This document shows positions 31,319 to 39,655 of a stretch of 64,000 nt of DNA, piece after piece. Both the position numbers and the translations under genes were made by a program. The stretch spans positions 49,531 to 113,530 of the forward strand of contig JAGWLB010000002.1 in the NCBI GenBank assembly GCA_028865035.1. The letters are read 5' to 3'. Under the pieces are notes generated by a model, which was given only the letters and a program-made list of their open reading frames with translations, was not told the origin of the DNA and searched no databases. The number at the start of each line of letters is the position of its first letter. The first letter of the stretch is position 1. This DNA is from Patescibacteria group bacterium. GTDB taxonomy: Bacteria > Patescibacteriota > Minisyncoccia > Phycocordibacterales > UBA9973.

Positions 31319-31435
31319 GATATGAAAAACACCTTGTCCAAAGCAAGGTGTTTTTCATATCTACCAGATCAATTTTAGTAAATTCAAATTTCTATTATTT
31401 GAAAATTATTAAAATTAGTTTTTTATATAAATAAC

Positions 31436-31660
31436 TTTTTATTTTTTTATTTACAAAAATTTTTTAAAAATTTAACAACATTTTTTTTACAAAAAAATAA
31501 AAAGTTATCCACACTTTTTTTGTAAAAAGTATTGCAGTAAGAGTTTATATGTAAGATAATATATGTATGAGTGTGATTAATTTTTTTACAAAATTTTTTT
31601 AAAAATTTTGTAAGGTCGTGAAATCATACATCTTTTAAAAATAATTAATTTTTTAAACAA
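31436..31660. promoter_or_regulatory. AT-rich region with five TTTACAAAA motifs (three forward, two reverse, forming palindromes) and one consensus DnaA box TTATCCACA at 31505-31513
   Basis: Motifs read directly; for example TACAAAATTTTTTTAAAAATTTTGTA is a perfect palindrome. Confidence 0.5.
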
Positions 31661-31661
31661 T

Positions 31662-31763
31662 ATGGCAGCTAAAAAAAAGGCTAAAAAAAAGACTGTTAAA
31701 AAAGTAGCTAAGAAAAAGGCAGTTAAAAAAACAGCTAAGAAAGCAAAAAAAGGTAAGAAATAA
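31662..31763 (+). CDS. 33-aa lysine/alanine-rich basic protein (AKK repeats; histone H1/Hc1-tail-like), not in the ORF track
   Basis: MAAKKKAKKKTVKKVAKKKAVKKTAKKAKKGKK; followed by terminator AAAAATCCCCTCTCTATCGGGGATTTTTT at 31777-31808. Confidence 0.45.
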   Translation: MAAKKKAKKKTVKKVAKKKAVKKTAKKAKKGKK

Positions 31764-31830
31764 TTTTACCAAATTATAAAAAATCCCCTCTCTATCGGGG
31801 ATTTTTTATTTATGTTAGAATGTTAAAACT

Positions 31831-34335
31831 ATGAGTATATTAAAGGGAATATTCGGTACAGAGAATGATCGAATGATCAAGAAATGGCAACCGTTAGTCA
31901 ATAAAATAAATAATCTTGAGCCAGAAATGAAAAAGCTTGAAGATGGTGACTTTGTTAAACAGACAGAGCTTCTTCGTTCTAGGATTGCAAAAGGGGAAAC
32001 ATTAGATGATGTTTTACCAGAAGCTTTCGCTTTAGTGAGAGAAGCATCATTAAGAATTCAAAATCAACGTCATTATGATGTTCAAATTATAGGAGGTATA
32101 GCTCTACATATGGGTAACATCGCTGAGATGCGTACTGGTGAAGGAAAGACATTAGTAGCAACTTCACCAGCTTATTTGAATGCACTTACGGGCAAGGGTG
32201 TCCACATTGTTACAGTTAATGATTACTTGTCACGCCGTGACGGTGTTTGGATGGGTCCTATATATGCAATGTTAGGTATGTCAGTTGGTGTTGTTAATTC
32301 TTTAAATACTTCTTTTGTGTATGATCCATCACATAAATCTCCAGATAAAGAAAGTGATGACGATACAAGTTCATTCAAAGTTCAATACGAATTCCTTAGA
32401 CCTTGTAGTAGAGCTGAAGCTTATGCTTGTGATATTACATATGGTACAAATAACGAATTTGGTTTCGATTTTTTGAGGGATAATCTGGCAAATAATGTAG
32501 GTGAAATTGTTCAACGTGGCCACAACTATAGTATTGTTGATGAGGTTGACTCTATATTAATAGATGAATCTCGTACTCCACTTATTATATCGTCACAAAC
32601 AGAAGATTCTGAGGATTTATATTATACTTTTGCAAAAATTGCTAAACAGTTAAATCTTGAAGAAGATTACACTGTTGACGAGAAGCTTAAGGCAATTTCA
32701 CTTACTGATGCAGGTATAACTAAAGCAGAGTCGTTATTGGGTATCTCTGATATTTATACCCAAAAGGGTATTAAATATGTTCATCATCTAGAGACTGCCG
32801 TCAGAGCGCGTGCTTTATATGAAAATAATAAAGATTATGTCGTGAAAGATGGAGAAGTTGTTATTGTTGATTCTTTCACAGGAAGATTACAGCCAGGTAG
32901 ACGATGGAGTGAAGGTCTTCATCAAGCTATTGAAGCAAAGGAAGGTGTAAAAATTGAGAAGGAAACTCGAGCTGTAGCCTCTATAACATTCCAGAATTAT
33001 TTTAGATTCTACGATAAACTTTCAGGTATGACAGGTACCGCTGAAACCTCAAAAGAAGAATTTTTAAAGGTTTATGGTCTTGACGTGGTTGTGATTCCCA
33101 CACACAGAACTATAAATAGAATTGACCACAATGATTTAATATATCAGACAGAGAAAGGTAAATTAGAAGCAGTTGCCAGTAGAGTGAAAGAGTTGAACAA
33201 GGCTGGTCAACCGGTTTTGATTGGTACGGTTTCCATTGAAAAAAATGAACTTTTATCTGCATATCTTACTAGTGCTGGTGTGCCCCATACAGTGCTAAAT
33301 GCTAAAAATCACGAACGCGAAGGTGAGATCATAGCTAATGCAGGACGCAAAGGTGCTGTTACTGTGGCTACAAATATGGCAGGACGCGGAGTTGATATCA
33401 AACTAGGCGGAGTACCATTTGATACTAAGCATTACGATGAAGTTAAATCACTTGGTGGTTTATTTGTCCTTGGTACCGAACGACACGAAGCCCGTCGTAT
33501 CGATAACCAGTTACGAGGTCGTTCTGGACGTCAGGGTGATCCCGGAGAAACTCAGTTCTATGTTTCTTTAGAAGATGATTTAATGCGTATTTTCGGTTCA
33601 GATCGTATTAAGAAAATGATGGGTCGTTTTGGTATACCAGAAGATCAGCCAATAGAGAATCGATTCATCTCTAATACTTTAGAAAATGCTCAAGCAAAAA
33701 TAGAAGGTTTTCATTTTGATTCTCGTAAGCATACTCTTGAATACGATAATGTAATGAATCACCAACGTAAAATTATCTATGATCGTAGACGCGTAATGCT
33801 AAAGGGTAGTTTTGATGATCTAAATAAATTCTTAGACGAATTGGCAGAAATTTATCCAGATTTAAAGGAAGTAATAATAGAGAAAAAGGCAGCATTTGGA
33901 GATAATGCTTTCTTTGAGACCGTTCGTCGTATTGCACTTTATACTACAGATACTCTATGGGTGGAACATTTAGAGACTATGGAATATACTATGTCTTCTG
34001 TTAATCTTAGAGCCTATGGTCAAAGAGAACCTTTAATTGAATATAAAAAGGAAGGTTTGCGTTTATTTAAGGAAATGGAGGCCTTGTTTAAGGAACAAGT
34101 AGCTTCTTTGATAAGAACTATGAACGTAGAAGGCACTGATAGACCGATAGAAGTGATAGCTGAGCAACCTGCTTTGATTTTGAGCTCTTCTGGGAGTGAA
34201 GGGGATGCATCTAATTCAAATATAAACAAATCAAGCACTCAAACTATATCAAAAAATGAACCCAAAACCGGACGTAATGACCCCTGCTATTGTGGATCTG
34301 GCAAGAAGTATAAGCATTGTCACGGAAAAGAGTAA
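31831..34335 (+). CDS. secA: preprotein translocase ATPase SecA, with a C-terminal zinc-binding tail
   Basis: Walker A MRTGEGKT, DEAD-like motif, C-terminal CYCGSGKKYKHCHG. Confidence 0.95.
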   Translation: MSILKGIFGTENDRMIKKWQPLVNKINNLEPEMKKLEDGDFVKQTELLRSRIAKGETLDDVLPEAFALVREASLRIQNQRHYDVQIIGGIALHMGNIAEMRTGEGKTLVATSPAYLNALTGKGVHIVTVNDYLSRRDGVWMGPIYAMLGMSVGVVNSLNTSFVYDPSHKSPDKESDDDTSSFKVQYEFLRPCSRAEAYACDITYGTNNEFGFDFLRDNLANNVGEIVQRGHNYSIVDEVDSILIDESRTPLIISSQTEDSEDLYYTFAKIAKQLNLEEDYTVDEKLKAISLTDAGITKAESLLGISDIYTQKGIKYVHHLETAVRARALYENNKDYVVKDGEVVIVDSFTGRLQPGRRWSEGLHQAIEAKEGVKIEKETRAVASITFQNYFRFYDKLSGMTGTAETSKEEFLKVYGLDVVVIPTHRTINRIDHNDLIYQTEKGKLEAVASRVKELNKAGQPVLIGTVSIEKNELLSAYLTSAGVPHTVLNAKNHEREGEIIANAGRKGAVTVATNMAGRGVDIKLGGVPFDTKHYDEVKSLGGLFVLGTERHEARRIDNQLRGRSGRQGDPGETQFYVSLEDDLMRIFGSDRIKKMMGRFGIPEDQPIENRFISNTLENAQAKIEGFHFDSRKHTLEYDNVMNHQRKIIYDRRRVMLKGSFDDLNKFLDELAEIYPDLKEVIIEKKAAFGDNAFFETVRRIALYTTDTLWVEHLETMEYTMSSVNLRAYGQREPLIEYKKEGLRLFKEMEALFKEQVASLIRTMNVEGTDRPIEVIAEQPALILSSSGSEGDASNSNINKSSTQTISKNEPKTGRNDPCYCGSGKKYKHCHGKE

Positions 34336-34459
34336 ATAGTAAATATACTGTAAATATAACGATTTTTATGATATATTTTCAGTAATATGTCAATAAATCC
34401 AAACTATCCTTGTTTTACAAGCTAATTATGAAACAAAAAGACTAGTTTTGTCAAATACC

Positions 34460-34500
34460 AAAACGTAAAATACCCTTATAAATAAGGGTATTTTACGTTT
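34460..34500. terminator. 18-bp-arm perfect palindrome downstream of secA
   Basis: AAACGTAAAATACCCTTA-TAAA-TAAGGGTATTTTACGTTT. Confidence 0.5.
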
Positions 34501-34528
34501 GACGACAAGAAAAACAGTGGTATAACTA

Positions 34529-34557
34529 TTGACTTTTCAAACGCTTCGTGATATTAT
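34529..34557 (+). promoter_or_regulatory. promoter TTGACT-N17-TATTAT with a 120-nt leader containing the palindrome TAATCATTTATTAATAAATGATTA (34616-34639)
   Basis: Hexamers and palindrome read directly. Confidence 0.5.
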
Positions 34558-34677
34558 CCTTGTAGGTCCAAGTATGTTGTCAGTGTGATGATGTATATGG
34601 GCTTTTTAATTTAGCTAATCATTTATTAATAAATGATTAATACCACCATGGTGTTTGGCGAAGCATAATCGCCAATT

Positions 34678-35253
34678 ATGAATAAACAAAAATTAACATG
34701 GTTCCTACAGTCATTTGTTGCTATTCCAATGGTTATAGCGACATCACCACTTACGAGTCTAACACCTTCAGTAAGTCCGACAGTAGCTCCAAGTCATATA
34801 ATAGCTCCGAATGAAGCTTCTGTGATAACAACACAAGAAACCAAAATTCGTGAAAAGCATGCTGAAGAAATTGATAAATTTCTAGCAAGCTATCATTCTC
34901 CTCTAACGGGGTTGGGTATGAAATTTGTTACCGAAGCCGAGAAGAATAATATTGATTATCGTCTTCTTGTAGCCATAGCTGGCCGTGAATCTACTTTTGG
35001 TTTGAATTCATGTAAAGGTGCAACAAACAGTTTCCTGGGTTATGGTTCATGTAAAATTAACTTTAAATCACCAGAAGAAGCTATCGAACGTGTATCTGCA
35101 AGTTTGGGTGGTAATAATGAAAATACTAAAATCCACTATGCAGGCAAGAACACTGTACAGATCCTTAGAAATTATAACTCAATCATCCCTAATTATCCTG
35201 AAGAAGTGATTGAAATAATGAAAAGTATTGATAATACAGAAAAGATAGCATAA
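34678..35253 (+). CDS. secreted lysozyme-like / glucosaminidase-family peptidoglycan hydrolase (tentative)
   Basis: Signal/TM segment; LLVAIAGRESTFG resembles the FlgJ/glucosaminidase AxxxESxxG segment. Confidence 0.4.
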   Translation: MNKQKLTWFLQSFVAIPMVIATSPLTSLTPSVSPTVAPSHIIAPNEASVITTQETKIREKHAEEIDKFLASYHSPLTGLGMKFVTEAEKNNIDYRLLVAIAGRESTFGLNSCKGATNSFLGYGSCKINFKSPEEAIERVSASLGGNNENTKIHYAGKNTVQILRNYNSIIPNYPEEVIEIMKSIDNTEKIA

Positions 35254-35279
35254 AAAATCCCCATCATTAGGGGGTTTTT

Positions 35280-38200
35280 TTATTGCAACTTTTTAAAGTT
35301 TTCGATAATTATGCTCTTCTCTCCATTTCTCTGGGTTACTTTTCCAGAAAGCGCAATAATATCATCTTTTATCAATAAACTCTTGGTTTGTTCGAATAAT
35401 TTATTAAAGACAACACAATCTATTGATCCTGAAGTATCTGATATTTTAATAAAGGCCATTAAATTATTACTTTTGGTATTTATAATTCTTACATCATTTA
35501 TAATAGCTGCAACAGTGACAGGCATTCCAACCTTTACTTCTTCTATTATTTTTTTAATTAGGACTCCAAATTTTTCAATTTTTTCTTTGTAGCTATCTAG
35601 TGGATGTCCTGATATATAAAGACCTAATAAATCTTTCTCCCAAGTTAACTTCTCATTCATAGTGGCTTCCTCTTGCTTCACTAGAGATAATTTTACTTCA
35701 GGTGTGCCAATATCACTAAAAAGTGAATTTTGAGAGGATACAATTTTAGATTCTTTATTAAATGCAAGTAAAGTTTCCAAGTTACCGATAATCATATTAC
35801 GGCTAGCTAAATCATCCATCGCACCTGATTTGGCTAACGCCTCAACTGATTTTTTGTTTAAATTTTTATGATTAATACGTTCAAAAAAATCAGTCAGTGA
35901 TTTGAATCGGCCTCTACCTACGGGTGGATTTTTTCGTTCTTCGATAATTGCATCTGCTATATCTTTACCTAAATTCTTAATAGTATATAACCCAAATCTT
36001 ATTGTCTGTCCCTCTGGTTTATCACTACCAACTACAACGGTAAAACCACCAAAGCTTTCATTGATGTTCGGAGGTAATACTTTAATATTCATTTTTTCAC
36101 ATTCGTGAACTATTTCAGCAACTTTATCAATATCACCAGATTCAGCTGTCATTATAGCTGTCATATATTCTACTGGGAAATTGGCTTTCATATATGCTGT
36201 CTGGTATGCAACACGTCCATAACTTGCAGAATGGGCTTTATTAAAACCATAAGCCGCGAATGGTTCTATTTGGTCCCATAATTGTACAGCTTTCTTATGT
36301 GGCCACTTACTGTGCTTTACACATCCATTAATGAAACGGTCCTTCTGCTCTGCCATTTCTTGAGGTATCTTTTTACCGACGGCTTTACGGAATTTATCTG
36401 CTTCACCCCAACTATAACCTGCAATATTGATGGCAATTAACAGAAGATCATCTTGGTAAACCAGCACACCGTATGTTTGTCTTAATATCGGTTCCAAACT
36501 ATCATCAAGATATTTTATTAATTTTTCATTGTATTTACGCTCTATATATAGTGGAATAAATTGCATAGGACCTGGTCTATACAGAGCCACCATAGCATTA
36601 ATATCATGTATAGTGTTGGGCTTTAATTCTTTTAGATAGTGAGTCATACCAGACCCATTTAATTGAAAAAGACCAATAGTTTCTCCTCTGGCTAACATTT
36701 CAAATGTCTTCTTGTCATCAAGGGGTATTTTATTAAGGTCGATGCTTATATTATGTATTGTTTTTACAAGCCTCACTGCATCTGCCAAAATTGCTAGATT
36801 TCTTATGCCAAGGAAATCAAATTTAGGTAAGCCTGCGTCTTCGATATTGTACATATCGTACTGAGTTATCATATTTCCACCTTTAGGATCGAATTGGATA
36901 GGGGAAAATTCATAAAGCGGTCGTGGTGCAATAACAATACCAGCAGCATGGACTGATATGTGGCGTACACAACCTTCCATTTTTTTAGCTAAATCAATTA
37001 TCTTTTTTGTATCAGCTTCCTTTTCATAAGCTTCTTTTAATTCAGGAACTATCTCCATAGCATAATCAATAGTCATAGCTGAACCCTGTGATCCAAGTGG
37101 AATCATACTAGAGATACGATCTCCTATAGTGTATGGGTATCCTAAAGCTCTAGCAACATCACGGACAGAACCCTTTGCCATCATTGTTCCAAATGTTCCG
37201 ATTTGTGCCACTCTATCTTCTCCGTATTTTTTCTTTGCATATTGAATCATCTCATCGCGTCTGTTATCTGCGAAGTCCATATCTATATCAGGTAATGATG
37301 GGCGTTCTGGGTTTAGGAAACGTTCAAAAGGAAGTTTGTATTCAAGTGGATCAATGTTTGTAATTCCAAGCAGATAAGTAGTGAGTGACCCTGCGACTGA
37401 TCCTCTAACATTAGTAAGAATACCATGATTGCGTGCATAAGTAAGAAGATCACCCACAACTAAAAAGTAAGTGGGATAACCTTTTTGTTTTATGATACCC
37501 ATTTCATATTCCAGACGATCGACATACTCTTTGGATTGCGGTAAATCTCTAAATTTAAATCCTTCATACGCAAGGCCCCGAAGGATTTCATCTGCAGTTG
37601 TACCTTCTGGGATAGGAAAATCAGGGAAGTAAGCCTTACCTAAATCAAGATCGTAAGTTTCGCATAAATTAGCTACTATTAATGTATTTTCAACTGCTTC
37701 TGGAATTTCTTTAAAATATTCTTTTGCTGTTTTTTCGTTAATAAGAGAAAAATCATCCTCGGAGAATTCAAATTTACCGTTAGTTCCATCACTTCCTGTA
37801 TTAACTTGAAGAAGAGTGTGATGAGCTTCATGGTCATCTGCACAAGGGTAATGTGAATCTTGAGCTGCGACAATGGGTATCTGCCATTTCTTGCCAAGTG
37901 CAATAATGCCATCACGGAGTTTCTTATCTCCATCTATATGTGGATGTGAATGTGCTTCAAGAAAATAATTCTCTTTACCAAAAATATCTTGATGCTCTTT
38001 CACAAGTTCATCTGCTCGTTCGAAGTTATCTGCTAATATAGCTTGAGAAAGCTGACTACCCATACATCCAGATAAACAGATAATACCCTCATGAAATTCT
38101 TTTAGAATTTCTTTATCCATACGAGGTTTATAGTAATATCCTTCAAGATTAGCAATAGTAACTAACCTCATTAGATTTTTATATCCTTGAATATTTTTAG

Positions 38201-38480
38201 CAAGTAATGTAAGGTGGTATCTTTTATTATCTATTCCAGGTTCTTTATCTTTTAGCCCACGTTCAGCAATATATGCTTCTACTCCTATGATTGGCTTAAT
38301 TCCAGCTTTGTTACACTTTTTATAGAATTCAATAGCTCCATACATATTACCGTGATCTGTGAGCGCTACAGCAGACATTTTGTGCTCTTTTGCTATGCGG
38401 ACAATGTCTTCTATTTTAGATAATCCATCTAGTAAAGAATAGTGTGAGTGGGTATGTAGATGAATAAATTTGGAGTCCAT
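35280..38480 (-). CDS. dnaE: DNA polymerase III alpha subunit
   Basis: PHP domain (HLHTHSHYSLLDG), polymerase core, OB fold; 1066 aa. Confidence 0.95.
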   Translation of the reverse strand: MDSKFIHLHTHSHYSLLDGLSKIEDIVRIAKEHKMSAVALTDHGNMYGAIEFYKKCNKAGIKPIIGVEAYIAERGLKDKEPGIDNKRYHLTLLAKNIQGYKNLMRLVTIANLEGYYYKPRMDKEILKEFHEGIICLSGCMGSQLSQAILADNFERADELVKEHQDIFGKENYFLEAHSHPHIDGDKKLRDGIIALGKKWQIPIVAAQDSHYPCADDHEAHHTLLQVNTGSDGTNGKFEFSEDDFSLINEKTAKEYFKEIPEAVENTLIVANLCETYDLDLGKAYFPDFPIPEGTTADEILRGLAYEGFKFRDLPQSKEYVDRLEYEMGIIKQKGYPTYFLVVGDLLTYARNHGILTNVRGSVAGSLTTYLLGITNIDPLEYKLPFERFLNPERPSLPDIDMDFADNRRDEMIQYAKKKYGEDRVAQIGTFGTMMAKGSVRDVARALGYPYTIGDRISSMIPLGSQGSAMTIDYAMEIVPELKEAYEKEADTKKIIDLAKKMEGCVRHISVHAAGIVIAPRPLYEFSPIQFDPKGGNMITQYDMYNIEDAGLPKFDFLGIRNLAILADAVRLVKTIHNISIDLNKIPLDDKKTFEMLARGETIGLFQLNGSGMTHYLKELKPNTIHDINAMVALYRPGPMQFIPLYIERKYNEKLIKYLDDSLEPILRQTYGVLVYQDDLLLIAINIAGYSWGEADKFRKAVGKKIPQEMAEQKDRFINGCVKHSKWPHKKAVQLWDQIEPFAAYGFNKAHSASYGRVAYQTAYMKANFPVEYMTAIMTAESGDIDKVAEIVHECEKMNIKVLPPNINESFGGFTVVVGSDKPEGQTIRFGLYTIKNLGKDIADAIIEERKNPPVGRGRFKSLTDFFERINHKNLNKKSVEALAKSGAMDDLASRNMIIGNLETLLAFNKESKIVSSQNSLFSDIGTPEVKLSLVKQEEATMNEKLTWEKDLLGLYISGHPLDSYKEKIEKFGVLIKKIIEEVKVGMPVTVAAIINDVRIINTKSNNLMAFIKISDTSGSIDCVVFNKLFEQTKSLLIKDDIIALSGKVTQRNGEKSIIIENFKKLQ

Positions 38481-38516
38481 TTCATCATTATAGCAAATAG
38501 GTTATGATAGCTCTAT

Positions 38517-39128
38517 ATGGACAAAAAGCCGAAATATATTGTTGGTATAGATGAAGTTGGACGTGGTCCAATAGCTGGACCAGTTGCTGTATGCTCTTTT
38601 ATTATAACTTTAAATAATTACGAATCTTTGATTAATAATGGGCAGAATGATTTAAAAATCAAAATAAAAGATTCTAAGAAATTAAGTAAAAAACAAAGAG
38701 AGAAGTGGTATGAATATCTGAAGAACGAAAAAAACAACGAAAGATGTAATTTTTTTGTTTCTTATGTATCAGCTGAAAATATAGATAAGTTTGGTATTGT
38801 TAAAGCAATAAATAAATCTTTAGAAACATCATTATTAAAAATCGTTTCAAACCCCAAAGACACTTTTGTTTATTTGGATGGGGGATTAAGAGCTCCAGAA
38901 CAATTTATTTATCAAGAAACAGTTATAAAAGGTGATGAGCTTCACCCTGTGATTTCATTTGCCTCAATTGTAGCTAAAGTTTCAAGAGATAAAGTTATGT
39001 ATAATTATTCGAAAGAATATCCAAAATATAGCTTTGAAAATCACGTTGGTTACGGTACAAAAGCCCACTACGAAGCAATTAAAAAGTATGGAGTATTAGA
39101 TATCCATAGAAAAAGTTTTCTAAATTAG
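38517..39128 (+). CDS. rnhB: ribonuclease HII
   Basis: VGIDEVGRGPIAGPV catalytic motif. Confidence 0.85.
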   Translation: MDKKPKYIVGIDEVGRGPIAGPVAVCSFIITLNNYESLINNGQNDLKIKIKDSKKLSKKQREKWYEYLKNEKNNERCNFFVSYVSAENIDKFGIVKAINKSLETSLLKIVSNPKDTFVYLDGGLRAPEQFIYQETVIKGDELHPVISFASIVAKVSRDKVMYNYSKEYPKYSFENHVGYGTKAHYEAIKKYGVLDIHRKSFLN

Positions 39129-39643
39129 AAGAAAAGGTGATAAATAAAGCCAACGATGGGATCAACATTTGGTCCATAAACTATAGCACCACCAAGGCCA
39201 CCTGTTATGGTTATGGCTATTAGTCCAATCAAAGCTAAGACAATCATAATAGTACTAGTCTTTAAAATATAGTTTGCAATATTAGAAATGCTTTTCCACA
39301 TATCACCAATTAAACTTTTGGAAAGTTGTTGATCTAATTCAGATTTTTTGATCCAAACTATTAAATAAATTAATGCAATAAATCCGAAAATTAGAGTAGA
39401 AGCCGCTGCAAAATTTGCATGCATATTTATAAGAGGTCTTAAATCAGCTTTAAGTAGATGTTCAGCATCGTCACCAGTACTAAGTGCTAAAAATGCAGTA
39501 AGGGTACCAGTAATAACTAGTATGGCTTTAACATGAAACCAATATACGGTATCTGCGAGTTTTTTATGCCTTATCAATTCTGCAATTGCATATAATGTCA
39601 TAAGGGCAATTGGGAAATGAACAAAAATAGGATGTATATTCAT
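39125..39643 (-). CDS. DUF2231-type membrane protein
   Basis: HPIFVHFPIAL motif; 4-5 TM helices. Confidence 0.5.
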   Translation of the reverse strand: MNIHPIFVHFPIALMTLYAIAELIRHKKLADTVYWFHVKAILVITGTLTAFLALSTGDDAEHLLKADLRPLINMHANFAAASTLIFGFIALIYLIVWIKKSELDQQLSKSLIGDMWKSISNIANYILKTSTIMIVLALIGLIAITITGGLGGAIVYGPNVDPIVGFIYHLFF

Positions 39644-39655
39644 ACGGATATTATA

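Noticed and set aside
31192-31434. 80-aa ORF
   Set aside because: It lies entirely within rnpB and its terminator.
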